A stretch of DNA of 64,000 bases from Geosiphon pyriformis uo1 (Eukaryota > Fungi > Glomeromycota), in contig JAAOMT010000369.1 in the NCBI GenBank assembly GCA_016748015.1, forward strand, positions 180,109 to 244,108, read 5' to 3'. Under the pieces are notes generated by a model. The model did not search any database. It saw only the letters and a program-made list of their open reading frames with translations, and was not told the DNA's origin. This document shows, piece by piece, positions 51,053-64,000 of this stretch. Numbering within the stretch: the stretch's first letter is position 1; each line of letters starts with the position of its first letter. A program made the position numbers and the translations under genes.

Positions 51053-51794
51053 TACTATAAAGCTTACTTCACAGAAATGTACTTTTAAGCATAAAATTGG
51101 ATAGATGCCCCAATTTCATAAAAGAATTCAGGGATCAAACCTGCTATTGGTCAATAAGTTTATTTGATATTTTGAATATATAGCTTCATTAGAAGAAATA
51201 AAAAACGGTTTCTTTTGTTGTTTCTTAAACAGAAAAGATTATGTGACAAAACAAGAATGAAATGGATAATAATTATACCACAATAAATAATTGTTCCAAT
51301 AAATAAGAATTTAAATATTAATAGTAAATAAATAAACCATTTTTGATTTTTACAATGACATTTTTTAAAACTGCGTCACATTTGAAAATTAATTATACAC
51401 TTTTTATAAAATTACTTAACAAAATAATTTTTTTTTAGATTTTTAAAGTACAATTATAAAAACCATAATAAGATTTACACATATTTAAAATATTGAAATA
51501 TTACAATTATTATAAAATGTTGAATTAAATCTTATAATTTTAAAACATATAAATGTAGTTTTAAATAATATAAATTATGTATATTACATATAAATACTTT
51601 AAAACAAATAATAAAAAAATTTCAAAAGAAAAAAACCCAACTTTTATATTTTTAACAACTTTTTTTCTTTTTAAATAACATATTAAAGACAATTTTAATG
51701 TTATTATAATTATTATTAAAAGTTTAAAATTTTTTAAAAACAAACCAATAACAAAGCTATTGTTTTTTGTTACTATTTTACTTTTTTTTAATGG

Positions 51795-52665
51795 TGTTAC
51801 AGGTGATTATTTGGGGTCTCAAATCCAATAAAAAACCTGCAACTTGGTGCTCAGTAGCTAAATTATGTTGGTAATATCTGAAGGTTTTTATAATCTGAAG
51901 ATTTTGGGTTGGAGTTCTTTGTATAATAGACAGAAATTCAATAGTTGTTTTATTAGTAGCCTTCTGGAATCACAATTCTGTCAAATTTTTTTTTTCAGTG
52001 TGGTGACCAGTTTATTTTGGCAGTTGTGCCCATCTAGTAAGCTATCTGTAAATTCTTTAATTGTTATACCCTTCCTTTGGAGTTTTTTACCAGACTATTC
52101 TTAATATTAATAACTTAGTGTTTAATCCTTAATCAATTAATAAACAACAAAAAAAATAAAAATACAAAAAAAATCAAAGAAATAAAATGTAAGCCAAGGT
52201 AATAAAGTTAGTATCTCATTAATAGCTGTGATCAAGAGCTATTGTTTCAGTGTAATCAAGTATTCAATATTATTAACATAAAGTATTGATAGTGGAAAAA
52301 GAGATTTAGATAGTAAATAATTATTTATTGATATTAATAATTCTAATAGAGATGTGTTAATAGGAAGATCTTAGTAATTATTCTGTTTTTTTGCTTTTAA
52401 TACTCTTACTATATATACCTAATTTAGATTTTATAAGATTGCTTATATTTCTGAGCAATATACTATAATTTCTTGAACAATGCTCACATTGTTAAGCAAT
52501 GTGCCCTAATTTTCTAATATTGTTCTACATTGCTGAGCAATGTGCTGTAATTTCTAATATTGCTCTACATTATTGAGCAATGTGTTTATATGCTAACTAC
52601 TATTCTCCTATTAGTCTATCTGTTTTTCTACTATTTTTCTTTATATGTTTTTTTTATAAGTAATA
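51795..52665 (-). repeat. 3' LTR of D
   Basis: Repeat of 61778-62649. Confidence 0.9.
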
Positions 52666-53314
52666 TTATCTCTTCCTTTTAATATTGAGCTCTGTTGAAA
52701 TTTTCACTTTGAATTAAGTCTAATACTTTTTTTTCTAATACTGTTTGTTTAACTTTGTTTCTTATATCTTTGATTTGTGCATTGTTCATTCTTCTTCATT
52801 GGTTAATAATGATTGTTTTTATGTCAGAGTGTAACTATATTTCTGAATAATTTTAAAATATTGTGTGTAGTCAATAGATTGTTCTAATGTGCAATGTTAA
52901 ATTTGTCTTTTTTCTGATAATATTTTCAATATTCTGTATTATTTTTTGATTAAATATTCTTTTGGCTTTATTAAGATATAATTTCTGAATGTTCAACTTT
53001 TGTTCTAATTGATAGTAGCAGTATAGTATTGGAAGTTGTTTTGTCCATTGTTTCCAATTTTTTTTTGAAAGTTTTTCTGTTAGAACCATGATAGGTATTT
53101 TTCCAAAAGTGTTCTTTATTTTTTCTACTATTTTATCCGACCAGTTTCTTGATTGTTTTTGTGGTTACTGGTATAATGTACTTTTTTCTTTTTGTTTGGT
53201 GTTTTAATAACAGATTGTTTAATAATTGATAATAATTTTCATGTTTAATTGCTATTAACTTAAGACCTAAAACAATTGTTGAGCTAAAATGTGAATATAA
53301 TCTGGTATTTCCAT
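52640..53314 (-). pseudogene. Accessory ORF3 of D
   Basis: ATG 53314, MEIPDYIHILAQQLF..QLPILYCYYQLEQKLN..TLHIRTIY. The end is approximate and lies in the LTR. Confidence 0.7.
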
Positions 53315-53368
53315 TTTTTTTGTTGCTTTTGTTATGTATACTATGTTTTTATATACTCTTTTGGTTGT

Positions 53369-56300
53369 TTAATTTGATGTGTTTGGTTTAATAATTATGA
53401 TTGGTTTCAGATCTCATGAAATCTCATCTGGTTAGACTAGTATTTGTTGTATTTCCAGTTGTGAAATATTATTAGTAGATGATGATACTATATATTGATA
53501 TAGTTTCAGTCAATTATTATGTGCTGTTTTGGCTAAAATTTTGTTGTTTTATCTTAATTTATAAGCTTTATTTCCTAGAATTTTTTTTATGTAAAATGGT
53601 TCATCTCATTTGGGATCAAATTTTCCATTTCATTGTTTTTCCACTTTGGTACAATGTAAAAATACTTTGTTTCTAATCCTGAATTTAACTGGTTTATTTA
53701 GTAGTTAGTTATTATGTATTTTTTTTTGTTTTTTTTGTGACTTTTAAATATTATCAACTGTTCTTTATTATTTGTTTTCTAGTGTTTCTATTAAGTCATA
53801 TGTTTTTTTCAACAATGTTTCTTGGAAATTATCTTCTGTTATTAGTTCAGTTAAATATGTGTTGACTTTTATTTTTACTGGTAATATTGTTGTTCTACTG
53901 TATACTAATTCAAATGGTATTGCTTGTGAAATGTCTTGCTTCATTATTTGATAAGCAAATAATACTGATAATATAAACAAATCCCATTTGTCTTGATTTT
54001 TTTGGCTGATTTTGACAATTACTTCACACAATGTTCTATTGAATTTTTTGATTAAGCCATTAGTTTATGGATGATATGGTAATAATAATGGTTTTTTTAT
54101 TCCAAATTTTTGACTTAATTCTGCTAATGTTCTATTCACAAAGTAAGTTTTTTGGTCAGATAGTAATTTTTTTGGGCATCTATATTAACAAATCAAATCT
54201 TGATGAATGAATTTGGCAACAAATTTTGCATCTGCTTTTTGAATGGCTTTTGCTTCTAACCACTTAGTAAAATAATCCATGACTACTGCAATATATTTGT
54301 TTCTTCTGTTGGTTATTGTTAATGGTCTAACTAAGTTAATCTCAATACAATCAAACAGTTGTCTTACTTTAATTGGTCTCAGTAGTTTACTGGGTTTTGT
54401 TCCTCCTCTTTTCTGACAAGCATCACAATTTCACACATATTAAATAATGTCTGGATACATTGATGACCAATAATATTCTTTTCTGGTTCTTTTTATGATT
54501 GCTTTTTTGTGAAAATGTCTTGCTGTTGGATCAAAGTGCATGTTGAATAATATTGTTTTTTTCTTTGGTTTTGTTATTACTCTGGTTGGTTGATCTGAAT
54601 TCTTTCTGTTTTTCCAATAAAGTATATTTTGGTAAGTGATAAAATATTTGGACTGTTGTTTAATATGGTTTTGTTCTTTTTGAAATAATTTCTCCTTAAA
54701 CTGTTGAGTATTTATAAAATATTGAAATTGTTGATATTTTTGTGTATTCATCTTTGTTATATTTTTGGATTGAAATGTTCTTAAATTTGTCTCATCCATG
54801 ACAAACCATTGGCATTTTCATTTTTTTTTCATTTTTTGTAATGTACTATATAATTAAATGGTAAAAGTTCTATTTTCTATTTAGCATAGTAATTGTCTCC
54901 AAATTCTTGTTTCTAGATTGAAGTTAATTCTTTGTGATCAGTATACACATCAAACTTTCAATTCAAGTATTTTTTTTATTTAATAACAGCCCAATAGATA
55001 GCTAAGTGTTTTAGTGCTGGAGTTCCATAGTTCTTTTCTGCTGAACTCAAACTTCTACTGACATATATTACTGGGTGTTCCTGTCTATTCAGTCTTTTCT
55101 AAGATAACATGGCTCTTAATGCTTGGCCTGATGCATCTGTAGTAATAATAAATGGTTTACTGTGATCCAGATATATCAAAACTGGAGCTTGAATAAGCTT
55201 TTTCCTTAATGTGTTAAATGCTTCTTATTGTTCTTTCTTCCACTCATATTTTATGTTTTTTGCTTGGAGCTGATAGAGTGATTGGGTCAATTTGGAAAAA
55301 TTCTAGATAAAGCAGCTGTAATATCTAGTGAATTCCAAGAATGTTCTTAATTCTGTGAGATTATTTGGTACTGGAAAGTTTTTGACAATTTCAATCTTGT
55401 CTGGGTCTGTTTTGATGCCATTTTTGCTTATAACATGTCCCAAAAACTTGAGTTCAGTTTTCCCAAAAAAACACTTGGTGGCATTTAATTTTAATCTGGC
55501 TCTTTTTAGTCTTTCAAATATTTGTTGAAGATGATGTAAATAATTATCAAATGTCTTAGAGAACACATTGGTATTATCTAAGTAAACAACTACTAATTTT
55601 TACAGTAGTCTTTTATAAACTATTTCCATTAGCCATTAAAATGTGGCTGAGGCATTTATTAAGCCAAAAGACATAATTTCGAATTCAAAATTTTTTTTCA
55701 GGTTGTAAAAGCTGTTTTCTTTTTATCTTCTGGTTTTATGGCTACTTGTCAATAACTACTGTTTAAGTCCAAAGTTGAAAACTATTTCTTTTCTTCAAAA
55801 GCATCAAAAAGTTTTTGGATCTTAGAGTTGGATAGCTATCTCTTTTTGTTATTATATTAAGTTTTTAGTAATTTACACAAAAACGAATTTTTCTATTTTT
55901 CTTATGGACTAGTACTACTGGTAATAATTATAGACTCATTGATAACTGAATTAACCCATTGTCTAGCATCCAATTGATTTCCTGTTAGATGATTTTATGA
56001 CTAGTTGGTGGTACTCTGTATGCTTTTTGTTTAATTAACATTGTATTTTCAGTCTTAATCTAATGCTGGATAATGTCAGTTTTGCCAAATTCGTTTTCAC
56101 TTGCAAAAATATCAGTAAAGTTGTTAAGTAGTATTTTGAGTTGTATATGTTGAAATGTGTCTAAATTTCTCAAGTTTATCTGTTTCAATTGTTTTGGTTA
56201 AAGTAGATAACATTCATTTTGTCTATAAATGATTTGTGACATAATATTCACATATCCACAAAGCTGTAGAAAATCTGGAATGGGGTTTGGTGATTGGTCT

Positions 56301-59300
56301 TCAACTTCAGTATTTAAATGTTTAATGGTAGTTCTTTTTGATATTTCTATGATATTTCCTGTTGTATTGTAGATGAAAATTTTGATATGATTGTGGTTTT
56401 TGGCTGGTATGTAAAGATTGGTAAGTTCAATTTCCTCTGATTTACAAATAGTTGCTTCTGCTTCAAAAATCTGAATCTGATTCTTCACTTTTCTTTCTAT
56501 GGTTAATATGTACTAGTCATATGGCAAAATAGAAACTAATTGACAGATGAAGATAATTTCTTCTTTTGCTATATTAACTGGTATGTTTATTCTATCTATG
56601 GATTCAAATCCATTAATTTTTCTAGCTGTAATCCTTAATTTTTCTCTATCTTTTACTGATATTAGCTAAACTATTTTGACCAAAGGCAGGAATATTGTTT
56701 GTGCTATTTTTTTGTTTGGCTTTATGATATAAGTCTTTTCTGAATCATTTTGTAGCATTGCAATAATATTTCCTACATATTCTGTATTAATTATTTCTTC
56801 TCTAACATTGATTTTTCTTTTTACTAAACTACTTCTGGATACTAATTAAACTATTGTTGTTGCTAAAATTTTTAGTGCTACTTTCAGATCAATGCATGTG
56901 CATGAATGTGGTTCCAATTTTATGGCTTCTTTTTCCAAATATCTCAGATCAAATTCTGCATCAGTATTATGCATGCATTTAGTCATAATATCTTTATTAT
57001 TATTACTGAACTATTTAAGTTTTTGCTCTTTAATGAGGTTAGGAAGTGCAATATATTGTTCTGAATTTGAATTAGAGTTCAAACTATTGTTATTGTTATT
57101 GCTATTTTGAACAAAGCTGGAACTATTGTTTTTGTCATTGTCATTGTTAGAGTTTGAATTGAGATTGAACTGTAATTCTGATTTCACTTTACAGCTGCTA
57201 ATTGGTTTGTTCTCTTCTGAGATTGTGTAGATTATGCATGGTGGTAGATTGTAGATGAGATCACACTCATTACAATATTGAAAGTCACATAGAATCAAAC
57301 AGTGGTTACATAATCAGGTGTTTAACTGCTTTAAATATTGTTCTTGCTTTTTTCTAATAAGTGCTAATTCTTAGTAGTGTTTGTGGAATTGTTTTGGATC
57401 CATAGGGTCTAAGACAATATCTAGATTTGGGTTCCAATCAAGTTCTATAGATTTTGGTGAATTGTTTTTAATTGTTTTTATTTCTTCTGATAATGTATCT
57501 TTGATTTTGACAAGAGCCATTTTCCATATTTTGTCATCATTATGTGAACAATTATCTAATTATTTTATAGTTCTTCTCTATATAGCATCTATAAGCATTT
57601 CTTTTCTTACCCAGTCATTAATTAAAATCGTGTATTAACATAATTTGTCACACATTTCTCTGTAATTAAGAATGTTATTTCATATTCTTTCATCTAGTAG
57701 AGTTTTTCTACAAGCCAGACATGGTTTGTTGTCCCATTTTTCTTGCCTTTTTGGCCATCCAAAGTGTTCAAGGATGCATGAACAGCAATAGAACTTTGTT
57801 GTAGTTGGTTATTCTTCATTGTTGCTACAACATGTGCCTATTGTAGACAATTTCTTGTTATAATTAATACATATCAGCTTGGGTTGTCAATAATTTATTT
57901 GCTGAGTGGTGGTGTGTAGTGAATAAGTAAAGGTAATGACTGGTGTTAATTCTTCTTTTTTCTCAAGTTAAAATTGATGGTAGCTCATTGTAGTCTTTTT
58001 TAGCCCATGAGACTTGGAATGCTTCTCAGATAGGTTTTTTTTTCTTCTTTTCTAACTCTATTAATGGTTGTTAATTGACAGTAATTCTAAAATAACTGCA
58101 AGTAGCTGGTACTTGGATATGCTGGCCATTCTGGCTCAATTGTAATTTCTGAGTGTTTTAATCTAGTACTGTATTGGTTTTGGACAACCAGTCATTACCA
58201 ATGAAAGCTTAGTACTAAGTGGCTTCCATTACAAAGATTTTGATAGGTATAGTAAGGCCATTAACTTTAAAAAAGAAGTTGTTTATTTTGCTAATAGGAG
58301 TTTTTGTGGTTCTATTAGTGGTAATAATTCAAGTATTGGCAGTGCAATCAACTTGACAACCTAATTGGTTTATAAGTTGTTATGTAATAATACTGCCTGT
58401 TAATCTGTTGTCAAGAATTAGTTTGATAGATTGACTATTGACTTTAGTATTAGTATACATAGTGGTGATAGGTTTAGTGTTAAGAGTGATTCTATTAAAT
58501 AATAAGACTAATGTGATTTTCTTGAGTTTGAAAGAGAATATGGTGGCAAATAATTTGTTCTTAGTACTGGCTGCTGGTGGAATATTGCTAATAAGTGTTT
58601 GCTTCTAGTTGGATTCTTGTTTGCTGGATGTGATGTCTTCTGGGGTAACCAGAAGACTTAAATAGTGTTAGAAGTTCAGATTTTAAGTGTACTTATTTTC
58701 TAAACTTCAAGAATATAATCCTAATGCTTGGTTGGAGAAACTGGAAATTGGTTAATAGACTACTATCACTGATCTCCAGTTTTGTTGGATTATTCTGGGT
58801 CTTTGATTTACTTAACATTGAAGCTGAGTTTTGTGGTAGTATTTGAAGTTGTTAGAGTTAATAAATTATTTGTGGCTGCGGCTGATAAACATCTGGTGCT
58901 AAAAACTGATAAATTGAAAGTTGATAAATTGGCTGCTGTGTTACTGGTAGGTAATTTGGTTAATATGATTCTGTATTTGGTTGATAATTCAGAATTTGAA
59001 ACTGGCAATTGGGGTTTTAATATTGATTTTCCAATTGTTAATTATTTAAGTGGTTGTGACAGTTAATCTGTAGGTGTTCTTGTTTACCACAATAGTAACA
59101 ACTACACATTTTAGTTTGCCACTGTTGATTGGTAGATGATAATAAATGCACCTAATTTTGAGAATGATTTGCATTTTCTTGAATATTGCGTTATTGTAAA
59201 GGTTGATAAATTGCTTGATTATTAGCTAAGTATCTTTCCAATTTCTAATTAATAGAATCATTGAATTGTTTCAACCTAAAGTCTAATTTAGATGATTCAT

Positions 59301-61759
59301 TCATTACTAAATTTACAGTTTGGGCGTGATTGGCTTCTAATTTAGCAGCTTCAAAATTTTTGGCATGAATAATTACAGCTTAAAGATTAGCTGAATATAA
59401 TAAGCATACACATTGCAGAATGTTACTGTGTAATCTGCGAATAAATTGATTCAAAATTTGGGCCACTGTAAAATAATCAGCATTAATGGCTTGGATCTGG
59501 TGCAGATTCCTGTAAAAGCATTCCAAGTAAATAATGACTGCTTCTGTGTCTTCTTGCTGTTACCAGAGGTTTTTGGTCTCTTTTTAGCTCTTGTATGTTT
59601 GTTGTAATGCTGTTAATTCATGACTATGGAAAGTGTTTGAATCTCTGATAACTGAATTTTATCTTCAAATTATCTCCTATAATTTCAACTGCTGGGCTTA
59701 TAAGTGGAATGGCCAATTCTGTGCCAGTTGTTTCGTGTAGTTATGTTGTAGTAAACATCAACTCTTTCCCAGGAATTGCTTGTCTGGAAGCTCACTAAAA
59801 ATGTGTAGTTACTTTGCTGTGAAAGTCAACTCTTTTACAGGAATCTTGTCTGTAGGCTATCTTAATGATTAAAATAAGAAAATAAAAGAAAGAAAATAAA
59901 AGAAATGTAAAAGAAATAAAATTCTGTCAAGAAAAACGTTTTTTATCCAGGCCTAGAGTCACTAACAGTTTTATTGAAATTGGTAGCTAATCAATTTCAA
60001 AATGTTATTTGGGTTTTGAGAATTTTCCAAGTGTGATAATTAAAAAATTTGGTTTTTCAAATTATTTGCTATTTATTTTTTTTTGTGTGTGCAGAAATGG
60101 TTCTAAAAGTAATAAATCTAAAGTAAGATATATTTTCTCAAAGAGAAAAGCTCTTCTTTTATACAACTTGTTGTAACACTATTCCATGAACTTGAACTTT
60201 GCTCTTTTCTACAATTTCGCTGAACTAAAAATACATTTCGGCAAACTACAAGTTATTTCTGCGAACTATTAGATATTTTGGTGAATTATCAATTATTTTG
60301 GCAAATTTCTACAAATTTCGGCAAACTTTTGAATGTTACATATTTCGGGATATTGCATAATTGATCATTGCACTTAGGTTACATTTGTATTATATACAAA
60401 TTGGGTTATTAATTAAATGATAATTTCGGATATTTTGCTAATGTAATAAGTGATAATTTGAAACAATAATATATGCTAATTAATGATAAAATTTATAAGA
60501 GTAATTTCATGCTAAACAATATCTCTAATTTTGTCTGATAATATTGCTTAATAGTAGTAAATATATTAACCAAACAATTAATGCTGTTGCTGTTGCTAAA
60601 ATATTTTAGAAATTCTAGCTTAAATGCATTGAAAGTTTGGGGTTTCTAGGTCAAATTCTGATATTATAAGTCAGTGATATCCTGGAGAAAATAAAAAATG
60701 GCTTGTAATGCTCTAGTATTGTTCTATCCATTGGCTGTAATGGCTTTTCTTATGTTATTAAGCCATACTTGAGCATTGTTTTCTTTGCCAGTAAATTTTT
60801 CTATTTTAACAATTGGAATGTAAATCATTTGTGCTGTAATTTGTTGCTGTTGTTATGGTGGTTGTTAAAGTAGTTGTTGTGGTTGTATTGGCTGTTGTGG
60901 TGGTGTGACAACTGGTAACAGATCTATCACAAGTTCTGGAGGTAAGTTTTGCTAATTAATGATATTGGAATTTGGATTGTTCTGATTTTGCTGAGTTTGA
61001 TTTTTTGGGTTTTCTGAAATTGGGTTTTAGTAATTAAATTCTTGATTTTTGTTTTCCTTTTCTTTTGATTCAGTTACTTCACAAAGACTTGTGATTCCAA
61101 AATCTGGTGGAGGTGATAGTGATCGAAATTCTGATGGCATCATTGATTATGATTTAAATTCTTCAAAATAATTACCATAGATTTCTAATAACTCTGCTTT
61201 TTTTGTTTACTTTGAAATAAAAGTTGGACTAATGATAGTTTCACATTTGAGGTGGACATGCCTGGTGATAAAATGTTAATGGCACTTTCAGATATATAGT
61301 AATATGATGGGTTGATTAGTAATTCTACTCTTGTTTTCTTCCAAGTGGGTGGTTGTATTTTTTAAGATATTACTGCTGGTGTTTGTAGTTTTTCTTTGCC
61401 TTTGTTTACATAGGTAATTGGATATCTTTGTTGAGTGTGATTTTCAATTTCTCTATTGATTTCAGTAAGGATTGCCATAAAGTTATAATTTACTAGTAGG
61501 CTGGTATTTTGAATTAATTCATTGTAGAAATTTCTTCTTGTTGAGTCAGTTTTTACTAATACTCCTAGCAAATATAAGATTTTTTCATTAATGTAAAAGT
61601 TAAAGGCAGATTTTGCTGATAGGTTATTGTTGGTTAATCTTAAGTGTTAACAATAATGCTGAAATAAAAATTTGGTAAATCTTAAATGATTTGTCTCTAT
61701 TTTTTCTAATTTTGTCACTTTTGGATGGTTGTTGTTGCTGATTTTTTGTAAAACTATAT
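53369..61759 (-). pseudogene. gag-pol of D (gag, CCHC, PR, Cys-rich region, dUTPase, RT, RNase H, IN)
   Basis: Colinear with A and B; PR LILDN at ~58410; CDFQYCNEC; dUTPase ~56595-57000. Split by the solo LTR. Confidence 0.85.
59558..60543 (-). mobile_element. Solo LTR of a B-related family, inserted in gag of D
   Basis: TGTTACCAGAGG start identical to the B LTR; TSD TTGC/TTGC. Confidence 0.9.
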
Positions 61760-61777
61760 CTTACAGAAAGCACCAAA

Positions 61778-62649
61778 TGTTACAGATAATTATTTGGGGT
61801 CTCAAATCAAATAACAAATTTGTAACTTGGTGTTTAGTAGCTGAATTATGTTGGTAATATTTAAAAGTTTTCATGATTTGAAGGTTTTGGATTGGAGTTT
61901 TTTGTATAATGAATAGAGATTCAATAGTTGTTTTATTAGTAGCCTTCCAGAATTGCAATTCTGTCAAATTTTTTTCTTCAGTATAGTGGCCAGTTTATTC
62001 TGGCAGTTGTGTTTTTCTGGTAAGCTATCTGTAAATTTTTTAATTGCTATACTCTTCCTTTGGGGTCTTTTACCAAGTTATTCTTGACATCAATAACTCA
62101 GCATTTAATTTTTAATCAATTAATAAACAATAAAAGAAATAAAAATACAAAAAAAAATTAAAAAAATAAAATATAAGCCAAAGCAATAAAGTTAGTATCC
62201 TGTTAATAACTGTGATCAAGAGCTATTGTTCCAATGTAATTAAGTATTTGATACTATTAACATGAAGTGTTAATAATGGGGAAAAAAGTTTAGATAGTGA
62301 ATAATTATTTATTAATATTGATAATTCTAATAGAGATGTGTTAATGGGAAGATCTTGGTAATTATTCTGTTTTTTCTGCTTCTAATGCTCTTGCTATATA
62401 TACCTAATTTAGATTTTACAAGATCATTCACATTCTTGAGCAATGTGCTATAATTTTTTAAGCAATGCTCACATTGCTGAGCAATATGCCCTAATTTTTT
62501 AACATTGCTTCACATTGCTAAGCAATATGCCATAATTTCTGACATTGCTTCATATTGCTAAGCAATATGCTTATGTGCTAATTACTACTTTCCTATTGGT
62601 CTATCTGTTTTTCTACTATTTTTTTTATATGTTTTCTTTATAAGTAACA
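61778..62649 (-). repeat. 5' LTR of D
   Basis: Repeat of 51795-52665; adjacent PBS. Confidence 0.9.
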
Positions 62650-64000
62650 ACAAACAAAAATAAGACATTCAGGAACTTTAGAAACTTTGCATATATAATG
62701 AGCAAAATTTTCATTCAAAATTATTACAACTTCTAAGCCCAAATGGCCAGAATTCAATTCAAAGCTAAAAACCCTTAAACTAGAAAACTTGTTCTTAAGT
62801 CAAAGCCCAGCACAACTCTTAAGTTTTATCTTAGTGAAAATAGAAATTGAGTTGCATAAATTCATGTGCCATTTAATAATATTTTTCTGTTTAACCAAAT
62901 TGTTCAAACTCCTAACATTACATGTGACTATCTTCCAGATAAAATCACTTATAGAGAAAAAGAAGATATAGAAGAGTCTAAACCAGTATACAATTGATCT
63001 AACCTTACCAAGACTATATTAATAGAAACCTCCAAAGTAACTAATTTAAATTCCAATCTACCTACCTTGATGATAAGAATCTTGGATTTATTCAGGCTCA
63101 AATCCAAAACTGTATCATCTATAATCAAAAAAGAAATAACAAAAAAGATAGAAAAACTATTCAAAATCATATTTACACTTGAGTTTGTATTAGCCAAAAT
63201 GAATACAATAGAAGGATGACATCAAAAGGCAGACACCAAAGGCATCAGATCTATACTGTTTAATCTATGCAAAATGCCAGACACTTAATCTGTCAACAAC
63301 TCTAAGGAACATTTGAAAGAATTCAAGTGAGCATTAATAAATAAGTCAATTTGACTAACAGACAAACTTTTTTCAACATGGGGAATATCAGAGAAAGACA
63401 AGTTAGGGCCTAAGCCAAAACCACCAAAAGAGAAAGCAAGTAAGACTATCTGTACCCAAAACTTGCTATTAAAGACAGCAGGACAGAAAATAGGAACACT
63501 TTTTTTCTCATATAACTTTGCCAACTAAAGGCAACATTCATCTGAAGCAACTTTTTTAAATGGTTTTGAAGACTTAAAAGTGGATGCAATTAATATGTTA
63601 TACTCCAAAGCAGAATAACCAAACCTTCTATATTTTTCATACTGCACCAGATTCATTTTTGTTCAAAAGAGCTTAACATTATTAAAAATTGGCTCCATGT
63701 AAAAAGCAAACTTTAATGTCTTATCAAATTTAAAACAAACTACAGCACAGTGAATTCTATTGCCAGTTTTCAATAATTGATTAATAAAGAAAGTTTTTCT
63801 ACCAGCCTCTTTTAAAAAAATCCCAAGATTATGTGCAATTGTTTCCATTAATAAAGTAAACAAAAATGCTTTAAACTGATCCCTTAATGCCCAGATATCT
63901 CAATTTTCCATAGCTTTAGCCACATACACCAAATTTTTTCTGATTAGGAATGACCATCTCACTACCAAATAATCAGCCTGAGCCAATTTAGCAAATTTCA
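62650..64000 (-). mobile_element. LINE-3 fragment (3' half of ORF1 and start of the ORF2 APE)
   Basis: LFTLLMETIAHNLGIFL..KTFFIN..RIHCAVVCF is homologous to ORF1; FIWKIVTCNVR at ~62940. Confidence 0.85.

Larger units (their letters stand above)
51795..62649 (-). mobile_element. Ty3/gypsy element D (relative of A that retains the protease), with a nested solo LTR
   Basis: LTRs 51795-52665 and 61778-62649. PBS TGGTGCTTTCTGTAAG at 61760-61775. PPT ~52666-52680. TSD unclear (ATGG/ACAA). Confidence 0.9.

Noticed and set aside
52430-52590. CRISPR-like palindromic repeats
   Set aside because: The intervening sequences are themselves repeated, the array sits inside LTRs, there are no cas genes, and the context is eukaryotic.

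Overview
Eukaryotic, fungal-looking DNA. The TE and gene style suggests Glomeromycotina, possibly Geosiphon-like; this is recollection and was not checked. About 90% of the window is nested, decayed retroelements around one ~4.5 kb intron-rich gene island, which holds RRP15 (+) and a convergent ATG29-like gene (-). Order of elements: L1-type LINE-1 (1-6317, +). Older LINE-2 (+), split by Ty3/gypsy A (13190-30924, containing gypsy B at 14604-24527) and gypsy C (31326-38941). Two ORF1-only elements sharing the LINE 3' tail (40293-43360, which contains a solo LTR, and 44042-46294). The gene island. Gypsy D (51795-62649, containing a B-family solo LTR). A LINE-3 fragment (-). Most notable: (1) HAL1-like ORF1-only elements that appear to depend on the LINEs; (2) an env-less accessory ORF3 in all four gypsy elements, alongside family-specific tandem repeats in U3; (3) dUTPase and Cys-rich modules in pol; (4) conserved or covarying RNA structures in the LTRs; (5) repeat-restricted C>T/G>A hypermutation that stops at the gene island. 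All calls come from reading by eye; no searches were run.
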